A stretch of DNA of 64,000 nt from Camelus dromedarius (lineage: Eukaryota): NCBI RefSeq assembly GCF_036321535.1, contig NC_087437.1:49354001-49418000 (forward strand). Direction: 5' to 3'. Under the pieces are notes generated by a model, which was not told the origin of the DNA, did no database searches, and worked only from the letters and a program-made list of their open reading frames with translations. The translations under genes were made by a program, and so were the position numbers. This document shows, piece after piece, positions 1 through 10,615 of the stretch; the first letter of the stretch is position 1; every line of letters starts with the position of its first letter.

Positions 1-310
1 AAAGAAGGCTCTCCTGGTAGGATGGTCTGGGAAGTATAAAATGGTGCTGATGCCAGGTATAACCTCATTTAAGCAGAAATTGGAATTTGATGAGATTACA
101 AGGTGAGGAGATAGTGCTCATGTTGTGTTTTTTTTCCCCGGGATATTGGTGCTATGGGCAAACTGTCAAGGAAGTATATTGATACCTATTCAATTTTTAT
201 TAGGAAAAAAAGTATGCTTATTGCATTCTTTTGACCAGTAGGAAGTTTTTGAAGCATGTACTTTGCACATGAAATTTCTTTCACTCTCCCAAAAAATTCA
301 GTATATTTTA

Positions 311-361
311 TTTCTTTTTCTTCTTTTCTTTCTTTCTTTCTTTTTTTTTTTTTTTTTTTTT
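311..361 (+). repeat. Polypyrimidine (TTTC)n/poly-T tract
   Basis: Directly visible T/C low-complexity run ending in about 30 T. Confidence 0.9.
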
Positions 362-542
362 GCTTGTATGTTTCAAACTGCTTGCATGTTAAAAAGTCTA
401 AAGGTATTTTTGGATTGAGGAAAGTTGACTCCATATAGAAATCAAAATATATCATTCTCAATTTTCAAAGTAATTTCATTTATCTGTAGGAAAATGCTTG
501 GAAGTCAGGCTTCTTTGACACTTTTTAAAAAGGGGGATAAAA

Positions 543-930
543 GCAACAACATGGATGGACCTGGAGGGTATTATGCTAAGTGAAGTAAGTCAGACCGAGA
601 AAGACAAACACTGTATGTTTTCACTTAGATGTGAAATCTAAAAAACTAAACAAACTAACAAATATAACAACAGACTCACAGATACAGAGAACAAACTACT
701 AGTGGTTGCCAGAGTGGAGGGGAGTGAAGGGAATTAAAAGGTACAAACTACCTGTAATAAAGTAAAGAAGTCACAGGGATGTGATGTACAGCACTATTAA
801 TAATATTAGAATATAGTTAATAACATTGGAATAACTTTGTATGGAACATAATCTATGTAAATAATGAATCACTGTGTTATGTACCTGAAACTAACATAAT
901 ATTATAAGTTAACTCTACTTCAGATTTTTT
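543..930 (+). mobile_element. LINE-1 3' end fragment (L1MA8/9-like), 5' truncated
   Basis: gcaacaacatggatggacctggagggtattatgctaagtgaa is the ORF2 terminus. It is followed by a typical 3' UTR ending tgtacctgaaactaacataatatt...aactctacttca. Confidence 0.9.
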
Positions 931-2146
931 AAAGAAAGAATTCAAATAGCATAAAGGCTCCTGCGGCATGGCACTGTTGCAGTATATCAATACAGAGCTC
1001 TTCGGAGTCTTAATTTACTTGAGCAGCCCCTGTAAAAAGCCATGCCAGAGAGTGGGAAGGAAGGTTGGCAGCCAGAGACTAGATGCCAAACGGTTCCTCA
1101 CTGGCAGTAGCATCTGGATGGGAGGTTGGCTTGCCTCCGGGACTCTTGGCCAACAGCACTGTTGTCTATACAGACGGCTGTGTATCTGTTCAAGAGTCCA
1201 ACAACTGTGTGTGTGTATTTTGGTAAGCTTTTATTTCTGGGCCAAAGATTTGCATGGCATTTTTGCATATGTTGGCACCAATTCTATATTTGGCTCTCCC
1301 CCCATCCTCACCCACTGCTACATTTTAGTTTCTGATGAAAAACACTACACAGAAATGGAAATGCATTAAGAGAAGAAAATATATTTCTTGAATTTTTTTC
1401 TTAAATCCAACAGAACATGTGTAGGTATGACACTGACATTATTCTAAATGGACTCTCTTCCTTTCTCAAGCCTGGAATAATGTAGAAATTCCCGGTCTCA
1501 ATGCAAAAAATTTTCTTGATCCTCGCAGGATTTAGATAGAACTTAATTACAGAACTATCCGAAGTTACTTTAATCACCAGAATTATAATGAACCATTAAG
1601 AAATGTAAAATCATGCTACTCTTTCAATGTTCCAGGGAAATATAAAATAATTTGATAAATGTAGTCACTGTAGTATGATACCAGGAACTGCCACACATCC
1701 AGTCAACTAACTTGTCAAAGTCCTGCCTTATTTTTCAGGGCCACAACTTCTCAAACTTTTAATAATCTGCTAGCCCAAAAGCATTTGCTTCAGGGGCAGT
1801 CCCACACTAATGTAATTCAACCAACATCTATCAGATGGCCCCTTTATACAAAATTCTGGAGGATACAAGGTTGAACAAGATATCTAACCCCCAAAATTTA
1901 TAGCTTTTTTTCCTTTTTGATGAAGAAGATTGGAACAGACTTTTAAACAAGTAACAAGAGCACCAAGAAGCAAAAGTGAAAGCTCAGCGGAGGTCCAGAG
2001 TAACATGTGTCACATCCCAGGAATGGGACAATAAAGAAATGAACCCCATTTTTATGTATCTTACATAAAACATTTCAGTTGTGCTTGGTGTTTTAAAACT
2101 AGAAAGGTCCATGAATATCATGTAGTCCAAAATTTTTCTATAATTT

Positions 2147-2230
2147 CGATGAGGAAACTGATGGCCAAAGAACAGTGATTCAGTCACGGTCACACACTAA
2201 TTAGTACAAGGACACAGATCCAGTTCTCTT
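2147..2230 (-). mobile_element. MIR fragment
   Basis: gatgaggaaactga...ggtcacaca MIR core in reverse orientation. Confidence 0.65.
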
Positions 2231-3126
2231 TCAACGCTGCTCCTCGTGATTTTAGAGTTACGGCATACCTAAAGTGAAATTTGCAGGGAACTCCTGTAAA
2301 ATGCTGTGGCATAATTTCACAAGATAATAATAAACAGTGAACCAAGGCTAGGGAATTACTGTATGATGTAAATGAGGTGGGATGAAGTTACTGCAGTTAT
2401 AAGCAATTCTCTTTGTCTAGAGTGGGTGAGGTGGAACTCCCAGAAAGATCACTTAAAATCAGGCTACAGACATTGCAGCTGATAGTGCAAAGGGCATCTG
2501 CCACAACTTTTCTCTCACTGTGGTTTGTAGACGTTTCTGTGGAGAAAGGATGTCCAGAAGCTTATAGATGACCACAATGTCACCTCCATCCTCTTAGTGA
2601 CCATAGTGTCATAAAAAATGACCCCCCACTCAGATCCACCACTTAAATGTCACTCATCAGCAATTTGTCACCCTCTGGATAAGACTGAGGGCTCCATGGC
2701 CTGAAGTAAGGTGTTACAAGTGTTTGAATAGTCATATTAAGTTTAAGTTATCATATATCATAAATATACTATTGTCTAATTGAACACTGTTAAGAAAAGC
2801 TCCTCTCCAACTTGATATGAGCAAAATAAGATTGCCTTCCGAGTTAAATTAGGTAATCGGCACTTGATGAATTGGAGCCATGTTGAACTGATAATTAACC
2901 CACAAAATCCAAGGATCTTTGGATCCCCAGAGGCTGAAGGATCCTCAGACCAGAAGAATGTCTCCGTAACCTAAAAAAATTAACAGGTCTGAAGGAAAAA
3001 TAAGTCAGTTAGAAGGGACATTGGTCAATTACAGAAAACAAAGAAAAAAATATCAATGAGGTGTGTATGGGCAGTGTCCATCCCATAACCATCCTAAGTA
3101 AGGGTGCCCTGGTCCAAGGACCCAGC

Positions 3127-3707
3127 TGTACTAGTCATCGTGCCTTTTTATTGTCTCTGTTTTCTGGTATTTTGATATCTAGAGCCTTACTGACACTGGG
3201 GGAGACTTCCCCTCCCAGGGCCAGCTAATTCCTAGAGAGAGCAAACCACCCAAAGTGACTACACTTCTGTATGCAAACCACCCCATGCAAAGCCGATACC
3301 CTCAACTCCCTCCTTTATCTAGCTTTCACTCTGGACCACTATCCGCCCGGCCCTAACACTCCACAGGGTACCCAACAATTAGAGACAGTCCCTAACTCCC
3401 TCCCCACCCCCAGCTGCTGACATTATTCAAACTAGCCAATCCTAAACCTGCTTATACTGCCTCACCTATTCCTGCTCTGGAAAACCACAATAAAGACTCG
3501 TGCCCACATTTTCCCCTTGCTCCTTCTGCCTCCTGACCAACCCCGGTGCCTCCCTCTGTGCCCTCTGCATAACATGCTGTGCCTCCTATTTCTCAGGATC
3601 TGTGGATATAAAACTTCTTCCCTTGTGACAGTCATGTCCACATCTGTGTGACTGCATGTCACTAACCATACCTGATTAAAACAAATTCCAGGTACATTTT
3701 AAAACCA
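3127..3707 (+). mobile_element. Solo LTR, MER74-like (ERVL group)
   Basis: TG...CA ends, CCAAT at 3436 and AATAAA at 3489. cccctcccagggccagctaattcctagaga and attattcaaactagccaatcctaa match the recalled MER74 consensus. Confidence 0.8.
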
Positions 3708-4033
3708 CCACTCTGTTGCCAGTAGCAGTAAGCTACCAAATCTCTCTTAGTCTGAAGTCTTTGAGCGACCTAAACACACAACTGTCCTTTACTGTTTCCT
3801 ATCCATTCTTATCCTCTGCTCTAATTTGGCATCTCAGGTGGCATGTCTTAGGAACAAATGATTCTGGAGCAGTCCCTATCATATTTTTCATTAACATGTT
3901 AACAAATTCAATTTCTAGGTTTCAACATCCATCTTGTAAGCTTAGTTAACATGAGTCCATTCCTGAAAGATCTGCTCCTGATCAGACTGATTTCAATCTT
4001 ATAAGCCTGTTTGGTGAGGGTCATAGTCTAGAG

Positions 4034-4196
4034 CCTTGTTTCTCAAAGTGTGGTCCTCAAACCAGAAGCATCAGCATCACCGAGAGCCTATTAGAAACGC
4101 AGAGTCAAATCTCAGGCCCCACTCTAGACCTACTGAATAATGTCTATATTTTAAAGAGCCTGGATTTGTGTGCAAATTAAAATTTGAGAACTACTC
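4034..4196. mobile_element. MER5A-like hAT-Charlie MITE
   Basis: TIRs ccttgtttctcaaa / tttgagaactactc. Internal tctcaggccccactctagacctactgaat. 8-bp TSD gtctagag/ctctagag. Confidence 0.88.
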
Positions 4197-4204
4197 CTCT
4201 AGAG

Positions 4205-4527
4205 CAAGGATAAGCAAACTTCTTCTGGAAGGAACTAAGTTGGAAATATTTTAGGTTTATGCGTGGGATCTAGGGTCTTTGTTGCAACTACTAAACTCTG
4301 CTGTTTTAGAGCAAAAGCAGCCATAGACAATATGGAAACAAATAGGCATAACTGTATTCCAAAAAAGCTTTATTTATGGACACTGAAATTTGAATTTCCT
4401 ATAATTTTCACATCACAAAATACTTAAAAGAAATTTTTAAACCATTTAAAACTGTAAAAACCATTCTTAGCTTGGGGCCTTACAAACATAACTGCAGGCC
4501 AAATCATCCTACTGTTGCCCACCCTTG
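4205..4527. mobile_element. MER58B-like hAT-Charlie element
   Basis: TIRs caaggataagcaaact / tgttgcccacccttg. Internal gcaaaagcagccatagacaata and ctttatttatggacactgaaatttgaattt. Confidence 0.85.
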
Positions 4528-5449
4528 TTCCAGACCATGGGAAATTCAGTAGGATCAAGTTATTCTTTGATGTAAGGCATTCTCTGTTGACCCACCCCGA
4601 AACCCCATGTGCCAAGTGAGACTTTTCCTCTTTGAATTTCCAGAAGTGGATTATTTTTTGCCTTTTAATAGTTAAAATTTTAAATTAAGACTTTATAAGA
4701 ACACAGGGATTCTGGAATATAGATGTAGAAGTTAGCCGAGAATGAGCTACCTCCCTAATGAAACTGTATCATTATCTAAAATATCAGAGCTTTAGCCAGA
4801 CAGGCAATTTCCAGCTTACTTCACGGGGTTTCCTGAGTTGTGTGACTGTGAGAAGCAATGACGAAGTGACAGATCAATGAATCCTCCTACAACCACACAC
4901 TCATTTGCAACATGCATTGATCAAAGCTCATGTAACAAAGTGCAGACAGAAGCAGGCATGGAGTACGTGGATTTTTAACCCACATTTATAAGTGCCAAAT
5001 ATCAACAACATTCTGATCCCCTGATTTTCTGTCAGCAGTATATCTACTTGGAAGCAGGCCACCAGCCCTGCCACCATCTAGCTCACCTGTCAGCCACAGA
5101 AATTGTCTGGCCACCTCCAATGGGTTTATTTTTTCCCAATGAGATAAGACAACTGACCCAACAATTCTAATTAGTGATATGAAGTGAGTTGGTGAATTCA
5201 GAACATCATTCTTACTGTTTGACTTATTAGATATTTTCCCTCTGATTGAATTAATGAAGAAAAAAAGTATTTCCATTATGATTCTTTAAGTAGAAACTGC
5301 AGATAACTTTAAATTTCCCATATGTGATGCACTTAAGCTTCTAGACATCCATTTCACAGTAACAGTTCTGTGATGTGAAGCAGTTTTTACTTTTTAAATT
5401 AAATCTTATTACATAAATTTCTAATTTTATATATTTATCCTCAGTTTGC

Positions 5450-5450
<1 letters not shown>

Positions 5451-5488
<38 letters not shown>
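5451..5488 (+). repeat. (TG)n microsatellite
   Basis: About 19 perfect TG units. Confidence 0.97.
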
Positions 5489-5489
<1 letters not shown>

Positions 5490-5491
<2 letters not shown>

Positions 5492-5640
5492 CTCACCTGG
5501 GGAAATTTTTAAACACACCAATGCCCAGGGGGCTCCCCAAGACCAATAGAACCTGACTACCCAGTGGTAGGTCCTGACATCTCTATTAAAAAAAAAGTTC
5601 TCCGAGGTTATTCTAGTATGTGGTAGTTGAGAACCACTGC
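5490..5640. mobile_element. MER5-like hAT MITE, partial
   Basis: tcacctggggaaatttttaaa...ttgagaaccactg terminal repeat. Confidence 0.7.
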
Positions 5641-6479
5641 TTTTGCGATTCCCCCAAAAAGTGATATATTTTATTATTAAACATCATTATTTTTCTGAAA
5701 GTTTTATGACATATTTTTTAAAATTTAAAAATGAATTTAAAACACTATTTTTTAAAAAAAAAGCATTATGATGCTTCATGCAACTACTTCCAGAAGGTTC
5801 TTAGGATCAGTGTAAACACAACCAAACCTATAAACCTCCTTTACTTTTGTCTTTTTATCTAGATAAGTTGACTTTAAATATTGATTAAATATGACCCAAC
5901 AAGCACGCATTCCCTAATGCCCTAGGAATGTGGTAGTTTTATTGCTGCTCAGCACTGTTTCAGAAACTGTGACTGCGCTGTACTATCTCTCTGCACTTTC
6001 ATTCTCTGTTAGGTGGTTGATATTGAAATAGATACATACTAAATTATCAAAATGAACTTAACTTTTATGTTGTTATTTTTATTTTTATTTTTCATGCTTG
6101 ATTTTTTACTGTCTTGATTCTACCAGAATATGGGGTTGTGCTAAACAAACATTAGTCAGATCTGTCTATACCATCACCCCAGAAGTTTCTGAAGACATTC
6201 TCATGTGTGACCCACCTCACCAATTCCACCTTTTGCGCCGCTGAGAAACATCTGAATAAACCAGAGTAGCACCTCGGGATGGCTACTACCCAGGGATATC
6301 GCTAACTTTTCTCAGTTTTCACGTAGGGATGAGTGTGCAGAAAGGTTTTTCTTTTAATTTTTGTTATTATTTTGGAGTATGTTAAAGAAAAAAGATAATT
6401 AGTTCTTAAAACATTTCATCGTGTGAAATGGAAATTGAAGGTAATTTGACTATTCTGATTTCAAACAATTATGCTCATA

Positions 6480-6730
6480 ACAACTAAATGTTAATTTTTA
6501 AGTGCTTTCTATTCTAGGCACTGTGCTAGGGTGCTCTACATGCATTATCTCATTTAATCCTCACAGTAACACTATAGTACAGCTTGATGATGCTCCCATT
6601 TCATAATTGAGAAGCTGAAAAATCAGACAGGTTATGTAATTTACCCAAACTCACACAGCTAGTGAGCAGGATCAAAGTCTGAAAGCAGGTCTTTAGGATT
6701 CCAAAACCCACAATCGTAACCATTCTATAC
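6480..6730 (-). mobile_element. Near full-length MIR
   Basis: ggcactgtgctag...attatctcatttaatcctcac...cacacagctagtgag. Confidence 0.88.
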
Positions 6731-7394
6731 ACAATTCAAAACTACCACAGTGAAATCAAATGGCTTCCTTTACTGTGACCTAAAAAAAGACAAGACTGAG
6801 TTCCTTCCATCATTCATGCTTTGCTTGCCTATGCACAAAACTTGACTCTTGGTTAATAATCAGTAAGCTCAAACAGGTTCATCACCTCCCGACCAACCTG
6901 TCTGTAACTGTTCAATTCAGTACAAGCAACCAAGCTGGCAGCAGTTTTGAATAGGTGCCTCAGGAAGATGGTCCCTTCAGTCTGGGATTGAGACAGGATT
7001 CGGGGAACTCAGACTGCCGATGTTTCTGGAGAAAATATCCAACTCTGAAAAAAAAAATCAACTAAAAAATTATTTCAAATAACTGACCACCATACACTGT
7101 TAAGTTTGTGTCTGTATTTTTTTTAGCATGAACATTCCTTAATAGTTTTTGTACATACATGTAAATGGATACAATGGATACGTGTATGTATGTTTGTATG
7201 TATATGTACACACACTCGTACACAGATTACTAGCAGGTGAGCATAAATTAAACCAAGTGTGAATCCTGTTTTTTTTTTCAGTCTTTTCTTCCACACCTGG
7301 TAGATTTAAACCCCTACAGGTCATCTTGTCAAAATACAATTTGAGGTCTGAAATAAAATTACAGAACAGAAACAAACACAATCTATTATAACTC

Positions 7395-8290
7395 ACTGCC
7401 AATGTTGCCAGATAACTACAAAAAAAATAGTGTCTCAGACAGAAATATCAATAACTTTAATGCGTGCGATTTGTTAACAGGGAAGAAAACAAGCAAACTT
7501 GCTCTCCGCTGACTGTCACTAATATTTATTCGTCCAGTGACTGTTAATCAAACCAAGTTTACAGTCCCGTACAGCACCTGTCACAGGTGCTGATCATTAA
7601 TCAGCTATTACAGCAGTTTATTCTGCTGCTGACAACTCGCAATTTTCCACTGATTCAGCTAGTTTGTCAGGTGGGAATTATGGCATAGCGCATGTGACAA
7701 AACACATCACCCTTTTTTTTTTTTTTTTTGCATTTTCAGGCTTCTCTCTCCTGCTTTCTCCCCCTTTTTAGACAAACAATATCTGGGAACTCAGAAGTAA
7801 TAAGGCGGAATGCATAATTAATTACCCAGCTTGCTCTAATTAGGGATGAATAAGTTGTGTCCCTCTCATCATCACAAATGTGGTGATGGGTAATACCAGT
7901 TTATGCTGTATTAACTGCAAATATGCAATCCTTCTGAGAGCACTTTTGTTGATGAATTTGATGAATGTGACAATAATTAGCAGAGACAGATGAGAGCTAA
8001 ATTACTACTGACAATGTAATGCTATCCTGCTCGAGGGCCTGGGAACGTGGCAGGATAACATGGCAGGGACCTGGGCCTCGTTTCTAATTAATAGTCTTTT
8101 TTTCCCTTTTCCCTTTTTTTTTTTTTTTTTTTTTTTTTTCGCCAGTAGGGGGAAAAAAGGAGTAACGGTAATTGTTTTCATCAAAGGCTGCAGGGAGTTA
8201 TCAGGGTAATAAAGTTAATTAGCAGAACAAACATCCTTTCACTGCCTTACCCAGTCTGAGGAAAAGAGGGTAATTCAAACTGCAGAAAGA
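7395..8290. promoter_or_regulatory. Candidate conserved non-coding enhancer block
   Basis: Repeat-free with retained CpGs. Dense TAAT, TGACA, TGATNNAT, E-box and POU4-type motifs. Function is inferred. Confidence 0.6.
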
Positions 8291-9489
8291 TATGACGAGA
8301 TGGGATGATAAGAAAAGAAATTTTACACAGGAGGCCAACAGAGAAGAATGATTTTCTCCCTTCGTTTCTTTGGCTTGATGCATGGGAGGAAATTAGGCTG
8401 CCCCTTCTTTCAGTTCACAAAGTTGCTCATGTTAAGAGCTTTGTTGTTAAGGTTTTGAGTTTAGGAAATAAAGTTAGTTTAGATCAAATTCCACTATTTA
8501 CTTCTCTTCTCTAGGTAGTGATAGCTTTGTTCAATTTCATCTTTATTTAAGTGACATTTTCTTAATATCTCAGGCATAGAAGTAACTTCAAATATTTGCC
8601 AAGGAGGCCATTTAGCTGCATTTTTGTCCTATAGAAATCTGTTTCATTCTCTGAATCTTCGGGGAGAAGTAAGAGATTGTTAAGTAACTTCCACCACCTA
8701 GTATTTGTTTATTCTCCTGTGTAAATTTAAAAAATTAAAATAGGATTTTAAAAAACTACATACTATTTTTGTAGCCTCAGAAAAACACCTTTATTAAAAT
8801 GTAGCAACATTGTTTTTCATTTCCATTGTCACTTTTACAAATATGATTAACCAATAGAAAAAGGTGACGAGTTTCATGAATCTCAGTTTTACATTAGAGT
8901 TTATTCTGTTCAGTAACATTGCTTGACATAAGTGGATACAACATAAAGAGAAAACATCCACCAAATATTCTAAAGCCTTTGCAAGTTCATTTACTCCCTT
9001 TAAATATCATTAGTGATTGACCTCTTTTAAGCATCAGACACTTGATACATTTGTCGTATATTAAATAAATAATACTAGGATGGAAGCCGGATGTCTTTTA
9101 AAATGAAATCCATAAGAAAGTGTCTGTAAAGTTTTGTTCCTTTTAGGTACATTTCAAAAAAAAATTATTTTATGCTTTTTTGAATCAATCATTAGAGATC
9201 TCACAAGTTTTACATATTTATCATGTATATAAATATACACACATTCGTTTGTTGCCAGAGCTAAATAAAACAGCCCCCCGCAATGACCATCTGTTTGAGT
9301 CTAAGTTAAGAACATAGGAGTAAGTAAATGGTGAACCTGACCTGTGTTTGACAGGATGACACCAGGGTGACCTTCCTGCATAGACCTCTGCATGGATAGA
9401 CTTCTACCAAGCATAGGAAAAACATGTAGAAAATGGCCTTCACTGCTAATATCTACATTTAAAGAGTGCTATGCTTGTCCCCAAAGACA

Positions 9490-9690
9490 AGAGTGGCGTG
9501 AGAGTGGAGGACATAACATTGAACTAAGAATCACAAAACCTGAGTTTTCTATTGGCTCTACAACCAACATCTATATGCTCAGGAGCATTTCCTAGTCATG
9601 CCTCTGATCTTCCATTTGCTCGTCTACAAAACTGGGTACCTTTCCTACCAACCTCATTGTATTGCTGTTGACGCAAAAGAAATCACTTTT
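9490..9690 (+). mobile_element. Degenerate MIR
   Basis: aaacctgagtttct...ggctctacaaccaac...tttgctcgtctacaaaactggg. Confidence 0.55.
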
Positions 9691-10063
9691 GTACTTTGGA
9701 AACCAAGAGATAATCTATGAATATACTATTAACATAATTATAGTATTAAAAAATGAGAAATAATCTTGAGAAAATCCATCTCCTTTTAGTAATCCTCCCA
9801 TGTGTAATTTGTCAGAAACCAGAGCTAAAAGACTTGACATAAAATTTAATAAGAGGAACTGAAATCTAGCCTTACTTTGTAGTGCTTTTGCTGCTAAATT
9901 TACTAGAGTAATTATCATTGTAAATACCTCCAAATTCATTTGGTCAAAGCTACCTACCTTTTCAAGATTTTCTTAATCTCTTGTTAGAAGAGCCTATTAA
10001 GGTCAAGACTAGAAGAAAACTAATCACCAGTCGATACAGCAAGATTTATGTATTTTTTTAAAA

Positions 10064-10615
10064 TTTTTTTATTAATAGACTTTATTTTTTAGAGCAGTTT
10101 CAGGTTTATAGCAGAATTGAGCAGAAAATACAGAGAGTTCACACATAGCCCTCCCCACCCACACATAGATACTCCCCTACCCTCAACATCCCTCATCAGT
10201 GTGGCATATTTGGTACAATCGATGAGCCAACCTGGGCACATTATTATCAACCGAAGTCCATAGTTTACATTAGGGTTCACTCTTGATGTTGTACATTCTG
10301 TGGGTTTTGACAAATGCATAATGACATGTAGCCACCACCACAGTATCATACAGAATAATTTCATTGCCCTGAAAACCCCTTGTGCTCCATCTATTCATTC
10401 CTCCCTCCCTCCCTCTCCCCAGACCCCTGGAAACCATGATCTTTTTACTGTTTCTGTAGCTTTGCCTTTTCCAGAATGTCATTTGGTTGGAATCATACAG
10501 TTTGTAACCTTTTCATACTGGCTTCTTTCATTTAGTAATATGTCTTTTAAGTTTTTTCCATGTCTTTCATGGCTTGATAGCTCATTTCTTTTTTTTTTTT
10601 TTTTTTTTGCTGCAC
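10064..10615 (-). mobile_element. LINE-1 3' UTR fragment (L1MC1/2-like)
   Basis: ttttagagcagtttcaggtttatagcagaattgagcagaaaatacagagagttc and agtccatagtttacattagggttcactctt. Confidence 0.9.

Noticed and set aside
968..1369. 133-aa ORF, the longest ORF outside repeats
   Set aside because: No recognisable domain and no supporting gene structure. The length is compatible with chance in a GC-raised patch.
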